From Carcharhinus longimanus (lineage: Eukaryota): a stretch of DNA of 64,000 bases. Position 1 is the first letter of the stretch. Each line of letters starts with the position of its first letter. Positions 37,949-50,905 of the stretch are shown piece after piece. Made by a program: the position numbers and the translations under genes. Where the stretch lies: positions 82,428,347 to 82,492,346 of the forward strand of contig JASCQW010000162.1 of the NCBI GenBank assembly GCA_030264375.1, given 5' to 3'. Under the pieces are notes generated by a model, which worked only from the letters and a program-made list of their open reading frames with translations, searched no databases and was not told where the DNA came from.

Positions 37949-39509
37949 TCCTTTGATCTTGGTATTGTAACCTTTTTGTTCTTTAACCGCATCAGTATGG
38001 ATTTTGCCTTTTATAAGTATTTGATAGTTTTGTGTTCTACCAAAAACATCTTCGTTTTTGTTATTACGTATTTAGTTATTCTGAGCCCAGAAAGCTTCAA
38101 AGACACAGCAAAATGTTAATTAAACTCATCCATCATATCTATTATGTCCGGTCTGCCCTCTGTATAGGATCATGATACAAAAATTTCCACTGAAAATACA
38201 GATTACAGTAAAAGGGGAGCTAAGTTCAAACCCCACTCCAGTCATTGACCATTATAATGCAAGCCGATATTTCAGTGTCTTGTTGACTATTTCAGTACTC
38301 TCAAGGCTATCCTTCTATGCTTTGAAAAGATGTGTTCATTCTAAGTTTGCTTCCCATGCCAAATTCTGCTTGTCCATTCCTCACCATCTCAAAGGCCTCA
38401 AATTTTCAATTATTGTCCGAGTATTTAAATTCTTTCTTGCCCTTGAGCTGTAGTATCATTGTAGTAACACCTTCTGAATTATCTATCCTCTGCACCTAGT
38501 GCATCAACCTCTTTCATTCCATCATTGGCAGATGTGCCTGTTTAGGCCCCATTCTAGAATTATTTCCTCCAATTCCTCCAGCTTCCTATCTCTTTTTCTC
38601 TTTGACTATCCTGGCTAAAATATACCTCCTCATCAAGCTTCTGGTAATCCCTCCTAAAATGTCTTTCTTTGGCTAGTGCTCCATTTTTCTCTGCTGTGAA
38701 GCACTTTGTTCCTCTAGTATGTAGAAAGTCCAATGTAAATGATGTTGCTATTGTTAAGTTGATGCTGAATTGTCAGATATTCCATTCTTACGATGGGATG
38801 TTAAATTAAGAACCTTTTGCTCTTCAGTTGAAGATTAAAGATCCTCTCATGCTATTTTTAGCAGCTAAGCACACCCAACGAAGAGAGATTAACTGGCACT
38901 TAATTCATTGATCTCTCTGAGACTTGACTCTCTCTAAAGTGTCGGCTCTATTTACTTACATCACCATCAATAAATAAAAGTAAGGCATTTTACTTGATGT
39001 TTGTGAGGGGTGTACCAAAACCCTTTGTAAACACAGGCTTCTTTAATACAACATCTAAACGATCAATTCTCATTCCAGGACAGCAAGGTGATTAGCTCTG
39101 CTTTTCTGACGAGGGTGGTCCTGGATAAAATGAAACTAGGTCGTGATCCTAATGGCCCGTTGAACACAAATATATTCATAGATTTGGTCTTGCTGTCACT
39201 GCTCTGATATGGCCACTCTGCTAAGTCATCCATTAGAGTTGAACACAAGAAATACGGAAAATACACTGGGGCCCCAATGGCAGCGAGTGTATCATTTCAG
39301 GTCAATGTGTAGAAAAATATTGAAATAATGTGGTGATATTAGATCTACGCTGTGATGTACCCCTTCCTTGCCTGCCCACACACTCACACACTTCTGCAGT
39401 AAATTCCCTTTAGTTAGGCCAAGAAAATTAGCAGTCTTGATATTTATGTCTGTCAGTTATTAACATTTTTCTATCCTATTTGGAATATCATTATCTGGGC
39501 TTTTTCCGG

Positions 39510-39747
39510 GTCCCTGGAATTTTCTCTGTCTGCATGGGTTTCCTCTGGTTGCTCCGATTTCCTCCCATAGTCTTAGGATGTGCGGGATAGGTAAGTTGGC
39601 CTTGCTGAATTCTCCCTTAGGGTCAGGGGAACTAGCTACGGTTGATGCATAGGGTTATGAGGATAGGGCCTGGGTGGGATTGTGTTCGGTGCAAACTCAA
39701 TGGGCTGATTGGCCGCCTTCTGCACTATAGGATTCTATGATTCTATG
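39510..39747 (+). mobile_element. HE1-like V-SINE, 5'-truncated
   Basis: V-domain and gattctatgattctatg tail. Confidence 0.85.
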
Positions 39748-40182
39748 GTCCATAACTTCATGCCACACACATCAGCCTGCTAGACAGTGTGCTGAACATT
39801 TGCAATGTATTTCAAAGTGACGTTTAGTCATTTGGAGATGTATGTACAGTAACTATGTGCATTCAGAAACGCTAACCATTTGTTCTGGCACAATGCTAAT
39901 CCTGTGGCAACTGTTGTGTAAAAGGTATAAAATTAATATTGTTACCAGTAAATGCATAGAGATATCTATTTTGGATTGCTTTGCAAGAGAAGTTACTAGA
40001 AACAAGTGGCAGTGAAGTCAATTTTATCAAGTCTCCTTATCACTTGACATGACTAGTTTGTTTTGTTTGTATGGCATTTTCACAAAATAAAATGTTTCAA
40101 GGCAATTCCCAGGAACATTATAAAATCAAATGTGATATCAAGCTACAAAGCTGAGAGGTCCATTATTAGGAGGCGTAGATTC

Positions 40183-40460
40183 AAGTTTATTTTATTTATT
40201 AGTGTCACAAGTAGGCTTACATGCAGTGAAAATCCCCTAGTCGTGCCACACTGGTGCCTGTTCAGGTACACTGTGGGAGGATTTAGCACGGCCAATGTAC
40301 CTAACCTGAATGTTTGTCGGACTGTGGGAGGAACCGGAGCACCCAGAGGAAACCCATGCAGACACGTGACCATGTAGATTCTGCACAGGCAGTGACCCAA
40401 CTAGGAATCGGACCTGGGTCCCTGGCACTGTGAGGAAGCAGTGCTAACCACTGTGCCACC
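40183..40460 (-). mobile_element. V-SINE family A2
   Basis: tttattagtgtcacaagtaggcttac tail; head gcagtgctaaccactgtgccacc. Confidence 0.88.
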
Positions 40461-40960
40461 TGATTGCGAGAAGGTGATTGGCAGAAGAATTAGAGGGGAC
40501 GTGAAGATAAGCACTTATACTCAGAAGGCGATGGGTGTCTGGAATTCGCTGCCTAAGTCGGCACTTGAAGCTGAAACACCCAACTTGTTTAAAAGGTACT
40601 TGGATCTGGATATGAATTGCTGTAAACTGCAAGGTTAAGGACCAAGTGCTGGAAAATGGGATGAAACTTGAGTAGTTTGTTTTTTCTCATTTCTTTAGCT
40701 AGGGCAGACACAATGGGCTGAATGCCCTCTCTCTGCATCGTAACTATTCTATGGTTCTACAGTATGGAGATAGTAAGTCAAATGACCAAAAGCTCGGTTA
40801 AAGAGTTGGATTTCAAGGAGAGTCTTAAAAGAGGAAAGCAAGGTGTGGGGAGTTTTATGTAGGGAGTTCCAGAGCTTAGGACCTATAAACTGAACACATG
40901 GCCATCAATGGTAGGGTGCTTAAAACCTGCAATGCTCAAGAATTAGAGGACTGCAGATTA
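40460..40960. mobile_element. CR1-type 3' UTR fragment (+) followed by an L2 3' fragment (-)
   Basis: ctggaattcgctgcct...gggctgaatg...ttctatggttct, then tgaccaaaagct.ggttaaagag...agggagttccagagcttagg. Confidence 0.6.
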
Positions 40961-41039
40961 CTCGGATACTCGGATATTAAAGGCACAGAATCCAATGAAT
41001 AATGATATCAATTGGGCTTGTAGATAAGAAAGCGCTTGT

Positions 41040-41255
41040 CCCAAGCAAAGAAGGATTACAAGAGTTAACAGACTAATAACACTAGACATTCCGAACTTTT
41101 GTTCCAATCCAAAGTAAAGCACCAAAATCACCAAGAAATATTCATACAAGAATGAAAACTAGAACAAGTGCAAGAATTCAAGTATTTAGGAAACCCATCT
41201 GCTGAAGGAAGATGCAACAAAGTAGGGAGAACAAGAGTAGCAATGGGAAAGGTTA
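41040..41255 (+). mobile_element. RTE-like LINE RT C-terminal fragment
   Basis: Translates to KLEQVQEFKYLG..EGRCNKVGRTRVAMGK, an RTE-type thumb motif. Confidence 0.6.
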
Positions 41256-42029
41256 TCGGAGCACAAATTGAATTGAAAATTGTGCCAGTTTTGATAATTT
41301 GTTTTCCCCTCGCACTTGTATCTGACTCGTATGCATATCAATGAACATAAAATCTGCCATGAGTAGGTCTTCAGTCTGTCTTTTTAAACAAATATTCCTT
41401 ATTATTCTTGAGAGAGGTTAATTGATACAGTTTATTAATATAATCGGAAATGGATTTATCACAAAACATGAGGATTGTTAATCAGTCTAGTTCACAATCT
41501 GATGAGTACTTCAACATTTAGTAACTGAAAGCAAGTGTAAAACACCATACACAGTCACTTGATAGATATATTTATGTATTCAGTTTCTTAATACATTTTT
41601 TAAAATTAAAAGCTTTCAAAATGTATCCCTGTGCCCAGAAGATCATCTGAGGGCCCCAAACAAATGCAATTAGTGGGAGCAGCTAGTGGTGATTAGCTTA
41701 GTGGCATTCACTGTAGGGGTACGGCCTGTTTTGTAGAATGGGTCGGATTTCAGACTTTTTAATTCAACATAAAAAACTGCAGAAACTCGATTTATGCTGG
41801 CTGTATAAAATATATGCTTGAAATTCCTCCAACTTTTGCATTGGATTTAGCTGATTTGAAGAAAATTACACTGGAAAAATAATTGAGTGGAATCTCCAAG
41901 CCCCTATGTCAGTGGAGGATAAAATGAATGTTTTAGCTCGCTCGGTTTTGACTAACTAGCTGTGGAGGTTGGTTGCTTTTGTTCTAAGCAGTTCACAACT
42001 GTTGCCAAAGCCCTCTGAATCATAACCTT

Positions 42030-43655
42030 GAGTGCTCTGTGACAAGGATTGAAAATCCCAAACGTTGTGTTGCCTGCCTGGTGTCGTGTTCAGGATATCT
42101 CATCTGGGCTGCGGAGGAACTCGGAGTGGGAGGGCAAAGATCTAGTTGTCATGGTCCACGTAGCTACCAATGTCATAGGTAGAACGGGAACAAAGGGAGT
42201 ATGAACAGCTAGGAGCTAAATTAGAAAGCAGAACCAAGAATAATGCCTGGATCACTATCTGAGCCACAAGCGAATTGGCACAGGATCAATAAGATGAAGG
42301 AGGGAATTGCATGGCTCAAAGATTGGGGTGGGAGGATTGGGTTTGAATTCATGGGATGTTGGCACCAGTATTGGGGAAGATTCCTCGCTGGGGAAGATGG
42401 GACATTCTTCATCTGAATCATGCTGGGACCAGAGACCGGGTGAATCATATAACTAGGGCTTTAGATAATGCTTTAAACTAAATAGTGGGGAGGAGGGTTC
42501 AGTTGTCTGGAGAATTAGAAAATCANNNNNNNNNNNNNNNNNNNNNNNNNNNNNNNNNNNNNNNNNNNNNNNNNNNNNNNNNNNNNNNNNNNNNNNNNNN
42601 NNNNNNNNNNNNNNNNNNNNNNNNNAATAGTGGGGAGGAGGGTTCAGTTGTCTGGAGAATTAGAAAATCAAAGTGAAAGGAGAGGGTAGAAGTGCATGTC
42701 AATAATGATAATTAAAGGAGCCGAGGGTTCAGGGGGGGTTGATAAAATTTCCTGACCACGAAATAGAACAGAGAGTATAAAAGATGGCAGGAATCTAACC
42801 TCAGACACAGCAAAAAAGATGACAAGTATGAGACAGGAGGTGGTCAATGCAGGACTCAGGGTGTTGTACTTAATTGAGCGCAGTAAATGGAACAAGGTGA
42901 ATGAGCTTGTTGCGCATGTTGAAATTGGCTGGTACGATGTCGTGGGCATCGCAGAGACATGGCAGCAAGGGGATCAGGACTGGGATTTAAATACCCAAGA
43001 ATGTGTGTCCTAGAGAAAGGATAGGCAAATGGGCAAAGTGGGTGGGGTTGCATTGTTTGTAAGAAATGAAGTTAAATCGATAGCCAGAAGCGATATAGGA
43101 TCAGAAAGCATAGGATCTCTCTGGGTAGATTTGAGGAATCGCAAAGGTGAAAAGACCATAATGGGAGTTATGTACAGGTCCCCTGGCAGTAGTCAGAATG
43201 TGGGGCAGAAAATAAATCAGGAGATAGGAAAGGCACATAAAAAAGGCGATATTACAATAATTATGGGGACTTCAATATGCAGGTGGACTGGGGAAATCAG
43301 GTAGGTAGTGGATCCCAAGAAAAGGAATTTGTGGAATTCCTAAAAGAGGTGTTTTGGAGCAGCTTCTGACAGAGTCTACTGGGGAACAGACAGTTCTGGA
43401 TTTGGTGATTTGTAATGAGGCAGATTTGATTAGGAAACTTAAGTGGTGAACCAATGGAACTCTTTGGTAGAAGGCTGTGGAGGCTAGGTCATTGAGTATC
43501 TTTAAGACAGAGATAGGTTCTTGATTAACAAGAGGATTGGGGTTATGGGGAAAAGACAGGAAAGTGGGGATGAGAGAAATATCAGCCATGATTGAATGGC
43601 GGAGCAGATTTGATGGGCCGAGTTGTCTAATTCAGCTCCTCGGTCTTATAGTCTA
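42030..43655 (+). mobile_element. CR1/HER1 LINE with ORF1 esterase and endonuclease remnants; most of ORF2 deleted; 3' UTR retained
   Basis: VCCLPG and VHVATN (SGNH-like ORF1), YDVVGIAETW and GGVALFV (endonuclease). Jumps at ~43443 to the 3' end with a ggtcttatagtct tail. Confidence 0.88.
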
Positions 43656-43775
43656 ATCACTTCTGCTTTATGCAAAAGATACACAATCATTTCTTCATGA
43701 ACAAAATACTGCAGATGTTAGAAATCAAAAAAATGAACAGAAATAGCTAGAAAACATATAGCAGGTGAGGTAGCA

Positions 43776-45051
43776 CGTCAAGAAGCAAAGGAGCTTTTAA
43801 GTAATTGATACTTGCATTTTTGAGTATTAGAAACAAGTTACAGGTTTAAGTGAGTTTAATTTTTTATGTTTTTGCGTAAGAAAGGGTTAAAATTTAGTTG
43901 GATTTTTTATGTTTTTGCGTAAGAAAGGGTTAAAATTTAGTTGGATGTTAGACAAAAGTGATTGCCTGTCTGTATGTTTGAGTTTCATTTCAAACCATGC
44001 CTATATTGTGATTGCAGAGTTTATGACATGAAAGCAAACATGTCTTAAAAAGCAACTGCGGGCCACATTTAGGTTAGAAAGATTTTTTTGAGTTTGGTTT
44101 TGAGCTGGACCCAGTAGCACTTGGATTTGGCAGCTGGAGAGGAAGCAGCTCTCACAGAAACTGTCAGAAGAAAAGCAGGACAATGGAGTAAGGGCATTAA
44201 AGCAAGTCCCAGAAGTTAAAGAACAGATTGTTCTAGAAGCCAGAGAATGAAAAGAGAAGTCCCAGGCAGACTGAAGTCAAAGGGACAAAAAGAACTGGAA
44301 ATTGAACAAGTTACTGTTCACTTAAGGTAACGAAAAGGACAGAGTCTTCCAGTTACAGATAGGGCTAAAAGGTGCAGACCTGATTAAGTCGGCTGGTGAG
44401 AAGCCAGATTGCTGAAGTAATTCTAAGCCTGGTGACAACTTCACACAGCCTGAGAAGCAGTGGTGTTTTAGTGGCATGATTGGATACCTGAGAGATTATT
44501 TAGAAACGTGAATGCATATGATGATCCAGGGCAGAGGAAGATTAAAAGGAGAGGTTGAGATCCTGGAAGTAGATCCATGGTGAAGGCATCTGAAAGAGAG
44601 CTTTGGCTGGGAGAAGATTCCAAGGCGTGTCTTTTTGAGAGTAGAGTCTAGAAACACTCATGTGGAAGTCAGAGTTCCAGTGAAACCAATTGGCTCACAG
44701 TGTGACCTGGGGGGATCTGATGAGAAATCCACATAAGTTGTACTGTGTGGCAGCTGTCAGATATAAGACGTATCTGACCCAGTTGGTTTATGCAGACTGT
44801 GAACTTAGAACATTATAGTACAGTGTACAAATCTGTGTAGATTTGTGAAGATGTAAGTGGCGTGAAGGAGTACAGTATTATAGTCAATATCTTCATTTTA
44901 ATAAAGGTTTTTTTTTGTTCAAAGTTAATTGGCAGTGCTGTAACTCTATTCATCCACGCATCTAAACAAATCTAAAAGTTATGCACTATTGAGACAGTGT
45001 TCAGTTTTGGAACCTCACTGTCTCATAGTAACATCAGCTGGGATTGTAACA
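43776..45051 (+). repeat. Probable solo LTR (~1.28 kb) inserted in a Penelope-type repeat
   Basis: Ends GTAACA and starts CGTCA (degenerate TG). AGCA is duplicated at 43772-43775 and 45052-45055. Removal restores the host (caggtgaggtagca-tttttggagagagaa). AATAAA near 44900. Confidence 0.65.
43859..43946. repeat. Perfect 43-bp tandem duplication
   Basis: attttttatgtttttgcgtaagaaagggttaaaatttagttgg occurs twice. Confidence 0.9.
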
Positions 45052-45364
45052 AGCATTTTTGGAGAGAGAAGCAAGTTTGTGTCAAGTCACTGACTGTTCA
45101 CCAAAACAGATGATTCATTGATCTGAAGCATTAATTCTGCACAGCCTGCAGTGTTTTCCAGTATTTTCTGTTTTTACTTCAGAATTTTTATAATCGCACG
45201 ATCCATGAAGAATCCAAGTGTTACAACTGATACTTTGGTGACTTGTATCAGAAGTGCTAATCTTGGCGTTTGCAGAGCTGAATAGTTACGCCATCCCACA
45301 ACTGCCTCTTTACAATGTTTTACAGTGTAGTTGTGCGCTGGGGCAATGTTATTCACCTCCTGTT

Positions 45365-46140
45365 GGTGAGCTGTCTTATGAGGAAAGGTTGGACAGGCTA
45401 CATTTGCATCTGCTGGAGTTTAGAAGAGCAAGAGACAACTGGATTGAAACAGATGAGATCCTGAGAGGCATTGACAGGGTGATGCGAAGAGAATGTTTCC
45501 TCTTGTGGGAGAATCTAAAAACTAGAGGGTCACTGTTTTAAAATAAATAGTTGCTCATTTAAAGCAAAAAAAAACTCTGAGGGTCTTGAGTCTTGAAAAA
45601 TTTGTGCAAGTAGAGTCTTTGAATATTTTTAAGATGTGGACATGCTGGCGTTGGACTGGGGTGGGCACAGTAAGAAGTCTCACAATACCAGGCTAAAGTC
45701 CAACAGGTTTATTTGGTAGCATGAGCTTTCAGAGGCNNNNNNNNNNNNNNNNNNNNNNNNNNNNNNNNNNNNNNNNNNNNNNNNNNNNNNNNNNNNNNNN
45801 NNNNNNNNNNNNNNNNNNNNNNNNNNNNNNNNNNNNGGTGGGCACAGTAAGAAGTCTCACAATACCAGGCTAAAGTCCAACAGGTTTATTTGGTAGCATG
45901 AGCTTTCAGAGGCAGCGCTCCAAAAGCTCGTGCTACCAAATAAACATGTTGGACTTTAATCTGGTGTTGTACGGCTTCTTACTGTGAATATTTTTAAGGC
46001 AGAAGTGTTTAGATTCTTCACAAGCAAGGTTAATGGGCGTAGCCGGGATGCAGATTTGGGGTTACTGTCAGATCAAACGTGATCTTATTAAATGGCAGGC
46101 TCGAGGGGCTGAATGGCCTACTCCCTGCTTGTTTGTATGC
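45365..46140 (+). mobile_element. CR1 3' fragment hosting a Penelope-like insert
   Basis: LSYEERLDRL..LEFRR motif and 3' UTR. Confidence 0.8.
45634..45984. mobile_element. Penelope-like fold-back (inverted terminal) remnant
   Basis: cacagtaagaagtctcacaataccaggctaaagtccaacaggtttatttggtagca followed by its reverse complement. 14-bp TSD tgaatatttttaag at 45620-45633 and 45985-45998. Confidence 0.7.
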
Positions 46141-46619
46141 TCCTGGTTTATTAAGTATAATGAGAGGATAGTTAATTAGTGCATGTCCTGACCTTTCAAA
46201 CTTAGCTCCTGCACCCTAACCAGTCCCCTCTTTTTCTTTCCACTTCCTTTCCTGATGCTGACTACTCCTGCTGGGGGATGATTCACTTTTGGCAGTTAAG
46301 TTTAGAGGTAAGGCAGGTCAATTCAGCCGAGGTAAGATCAGCTGTAATCTAATAGAATAGCAGAGCAGCGCGGGGGTTGAATTGTTAATCATGTTTCACT
46401 GATAATAGCGCAGTTCTGTGATCCCTTGTTGCTAATCATTCTTCAAGTGAGGATTCTAAGCAGGGATCACTGGGAGGCTGATCACAACTTAATCCAATTC
46501 AATTTGTGTGCATTTTCCTGCTAAGGTAGTTAGCATGCAGTTGGGAACCCAGATGATTTCTTGCCCTTCCCTGTCCTATGGTTTTGCAGTAAGCTTGTGA
46601 TCTCTTTCTTCGAAGTACA

Positions 46620-47220
46620 GCAAATAGAAGCAGCAAACTCCTCTCTTCCAAAGCCCCATGGCATCTTTAGAGACTATATCCTCTCTCTCTCTCTCTTTCC
46701 TCCTTAAATATATTCAGTGAGTTAGCCTCCACAGTCTTTTGTGTAGGGAATTCCACAGGTTCACCAACCTCCTGAATGAAGAAATTTCTCCTCACCTCAG
46801 CCCTAAAATGGCCTACCCCATATCCTGAGCCTGTAACCCTGCATTCTGTATCTTCCTTCCCCCATCCCTCCCACCCCCCCACTAGAGGGAACAGCATCTC
46901 TGCATCCAGTCCGTCCAGCCCCGTAAGAATTTTATACGCTTCAATTAGATCCCCTCTCGTTCTTCTAAATTCCAGTGAATACAGGCCCAGTCGACCCAAT
47001 CTCTTCTCACCCAACAATCCTGTCATCCCAGGAATCAGCCTGGTGAATCTCCGCTGCACTCCCTCTATGGCAAGTATATCCTTTTTGTGGCAATGGAGAC
47101 CAAAACAGCGCACAAAATTCCAAGTGTGGTATCACGAAGGCCCTGTATAACTGCAGTAAGACATCCTTGCTTCTGTACTCAAGTCCTCTTGCAATGAAGG
47201 CTAACGTACAATTTGCCTTC
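46620..47220 (-). mobile_element. CR1/HER1 LINE 3' fragment
   Basis: ORF 46667-47113 gives KKDILAIEGVQRRFTRLIPG...LYSLEFRRTRGDLIEAYKILTG. Confidence 0.9.
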
Positions 47221-47974
47221 CCTCTACACTACTAAAATCAGCACAGGTCTGGCGCTGAACCCAAGAGCTTCATTATCTATGGCTTAGTTCAGTGATACAG
47301 GCGTTCCTGTAACTTTCACAAGTTAAATTGTAAGGCTCGGACTGTCACTCCTCAAATCTTTCAGTTGAGCAGGAGCCTAGTGCTTATGTAACTGTTAAAT
47401 CTGTCAGAAATATCTTAAGTGCTTCACATACGGCACACTTCTTTGAAGTCCAACAATTGTGATGGAGATTAATGTGACTGATGGGTAGTGCACAGCATGA
47501 CCCTATAAACTTTAAGGACATGAAGGGCTGGGAAAATGTAGGCCAGTACACCAGGAGAATTTTCTGTTCATCTTTGAATTGTGCCGAGGGATCATTAACA
47601 TCCCCTTTAAACCACTACAACAGGTAGGAGAGATCGTGGATTGATGTCTTATTCAAATAGCGGTATATCAAACATTCTCTCTATATTGTAATGCAGTGTG
47701 AGTGATCCTGAAAAGCAAACCAAATACTAGGTTATTTCTTTTTCACTTTCCCCCCCCTCTGATTTGTATAACATGAAGGCATTTATTACTGCCGTTGCTA
47801 AGTTTTTCGAGATTTCATCAACAAAGCGAACTTCGTGTTTCATAGGCACAAATTCTGGTGTCATTTTGTGTCCTTTCTGGTTTGGGGTTTGAAAAGGCAG
47901 ATTGCTGAATCAATGAGGCCACCATCTTTGTGAGCACAGGGTTTCAGATCTCTATCCCTCTCAAAATGTTTAAA

Positions 47975-48490
47975 ATTTATTTATTAGTGTCACAAGTGGG
48001 CTTACATTAACACTGCAGTGAAGTTACTNNNNNNNNNNNNNNNNNNNNNNNNNNNNNNNNNNNNNNNNNNNNNNNNNNNNNNNNNNNNNNNNNNNNNNNN
48101 NNNNNNNNNNNNNNNNNNNNNNNNNNNNNNNNNNNNNNNNNNNNNNNNNNNNNNNNNNNNNNNNNNNNNNNNNNNNNNNNNNNNNNNNNNCTATCCCTCT
48201 CAAAATGTTTAAAATTTATTTATTAGTGTCACAAGTGGGCTTACATTAACACTGCAGTGAAGTTACTGTGAAAATTCCCCAGTTGCCACATTCTGGCACC
48301 TGTTCAGGTGCACTGAGGGAGAATTTGGCATGGTCAATGCATGTAACCAGCACATCTTTCAGACTGTAGGAAGAAACTGGAGCACCTGGAGGAAACTGAG
48401 CCTCTGCACAGACAGAGACCCAAGCCCGGAATTGAACTTGGGTCCCTGGCGCTGTGAGGCAGCAGTGCTAACCACTCTATGCCGCCATGC
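47975..48490 (-). mobile_element. V-SINE family A2 (tail duplicated across an N gap)
   Basis: Tail, V-domain and head present. Confidence 0.85.
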
Positions 48491-48985
48491 CCATGCCAAG
48501 TTTGTGGGGATTAGATTTCCAGTTACACAGTAACGCTATGTTAATGAGTGTGGCTCTAAATGTCAATCAATCATTTGAAGTGCCACTCCTTCATTGTACT
48601 TGGAAATGCAATTTATTTCAATGCATTTCACTCTTGAAAGAAACATAGCTTTGTATGTTCAAACCCGTTTACTATCAGTCACACTATTGCCACTGATTAA
48701 ATGTCGCTTTTCACATTTCCCTGCTGCTGTGTTTCCGAAAAGCAAAAGATCTTGCTGTCAATAGGCAGCTTTTATACAGTGTTCACTCAAATAAAGAAAT
48801 CAATCACATCAAACACCCTAACGCAATTATCAAAACTGACTTCAACTTCTGCCTTCAGTACTTATTTATCTTGTGTGAAATTGAAGCTTCCTAAAATTGA
48901 GGTGTGCGCAGAACTGCATAAGATTGCCTGTGTTTTCCATGCTGAATGGAAGATTTAAAACTTCTTTCCTCTTCTGTCCATTTAG

Positions 48986-49318
<333 letters not shown>

Positions 49319-50557
49319 TAACAGCATGAAAGTACTGTGACTTATTCAGATTTGTTCAGACTGAACTGAGCTGCAAGGTTAAGTAGATATAAAAAAAAGC
49401 ACAAATGATCAAATTCTGAAATTCCAAAACAAATGAACAGAAGTTATTTTGACAGAAACCAGACAAATAGAAAGATGATGATTCTGAGTGAAGAGCTGGG
49501 AAAATATTTGCCCAAATTTGAGGGGAGAGGATACTGTAATTAAGGGCACATTCCCTTTTTCATTTACTTGTGTCCCTCCCATGCAGAATCTTGGATTCTG
49601 ATGTATCCATTGGAGCTACAACTGTACTCGCACGGCCAAGTAATGGTAATAGTGGTAGTTTTTGTTTTTGCGTGTGTCTGACTTTTGTCAAGGTTGCCTT
49701 GACAAAATCAAAAAATTGAGGCTTGAGATTTAATGAAAAAAAAGATGAAAATGATGAAAAGACACATCAGTGTCTCAACAAAGACCACTAGAGAGAAGCA
49801 TGTCTGCTGCTCCTGGCCCACAAACGGTGCGAGCAAAACACACACCTGCTGGATTTGCCAGCTTCCACCCCTCCCCCCTCCTTCCAGCTGTTGGGGTTTC
49901 TCAGACCCCTGGAAGACCAGACCTGCAACCATTAAATTCAAATGAGTCCCCAAATTGGAGTGGGTTGTTGGGGAATCCCCCAAACCCACTAATGGCAGAT
50001 TGGGGTGAGGTTTCACCTTTTCCTTTACCCTTTCAAACCATACCATTCAGTGTAAACTCACCTCAATTCTCTCACCTTTTCATTATTGGCGGAGGATGAG
50101 GTTTGCAATTACTGCTATGAATGTCTTATATAAACCTAACCCTTTGAATGTGACTGAGGAAGGTGAGATGTAAGATTTCTATTTTTATCCCAATGGATGG
50201 CATATGACTATTATTGGCCCAAAAGTTATTGGAGTCCTCTGAGAATAAGCATCAATCTTGGGGCTTTTCTGAGTTGGCTCTAAGGCGCGAATGTTTTGCT
50301 GTCTTATTTAGATTGTGTTCTCGAGGCATTTAACTAGAGGGTTTGAACATGATTTCCTCTTGTTTACATTCTGCAGTTTTGACTTTAAAAATATGATGTT
50401 CTATTCACTCTGCTGATCTGCAATGTTTGGATATATTGAACTCTGAATTTACTAAAGACATGGTGGGTTGCACTTGAAGCAGGCTATTTGATTCATTGTG
50501 TTTGTGTTACCGCTAATTGACAGTAGTTCAAAAGTGTTCCAATTCTCTATTGCTGGT

Positions 50558-50905
50558 CATAGAATCCTACAATGCAGAAGAGGCTATTTGGCCCACTGAG
50601 TCTGTACCGACTCTCTGAACAATTATTTTATCTAGGCCCTCTACCCCACCCTATCCCTGTAACCCCACATTTTCTCATGGCTAATCCATCTAACGTGCAC
50701 ATTTGGGACACCAAGGGGCAATTTAGCATGGCCAATCCACTTGGCCTGCACATCTTTGGATTGTGAGAGGAAACCAGAGCACCAAGGGGAAACTACGCAG
50801 ACATGGAGGAAATGTGCAAACTCCGCACATATCTGAGGCTGGAATTGAACCTGGGTCCCTGAAGCTGTGAGGCAGCAGTGCTAACCACTGTGTCACCACG
50901 CCGCC
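50558..50905 (-). mobile_element. HE1-like V-SINE
   Basis: Full tail to head. Confidence 0.9.

Noticed and set aside
42481-42670. Direct repeats flanking N gaps (also 45657-45913, 47951-48268, 58982-59190, 60690-60868)
   Set aside because: Identical or near-identical sequence on both sides of a gap is typical of unmerged contig overlaps, not real tandem duplication.
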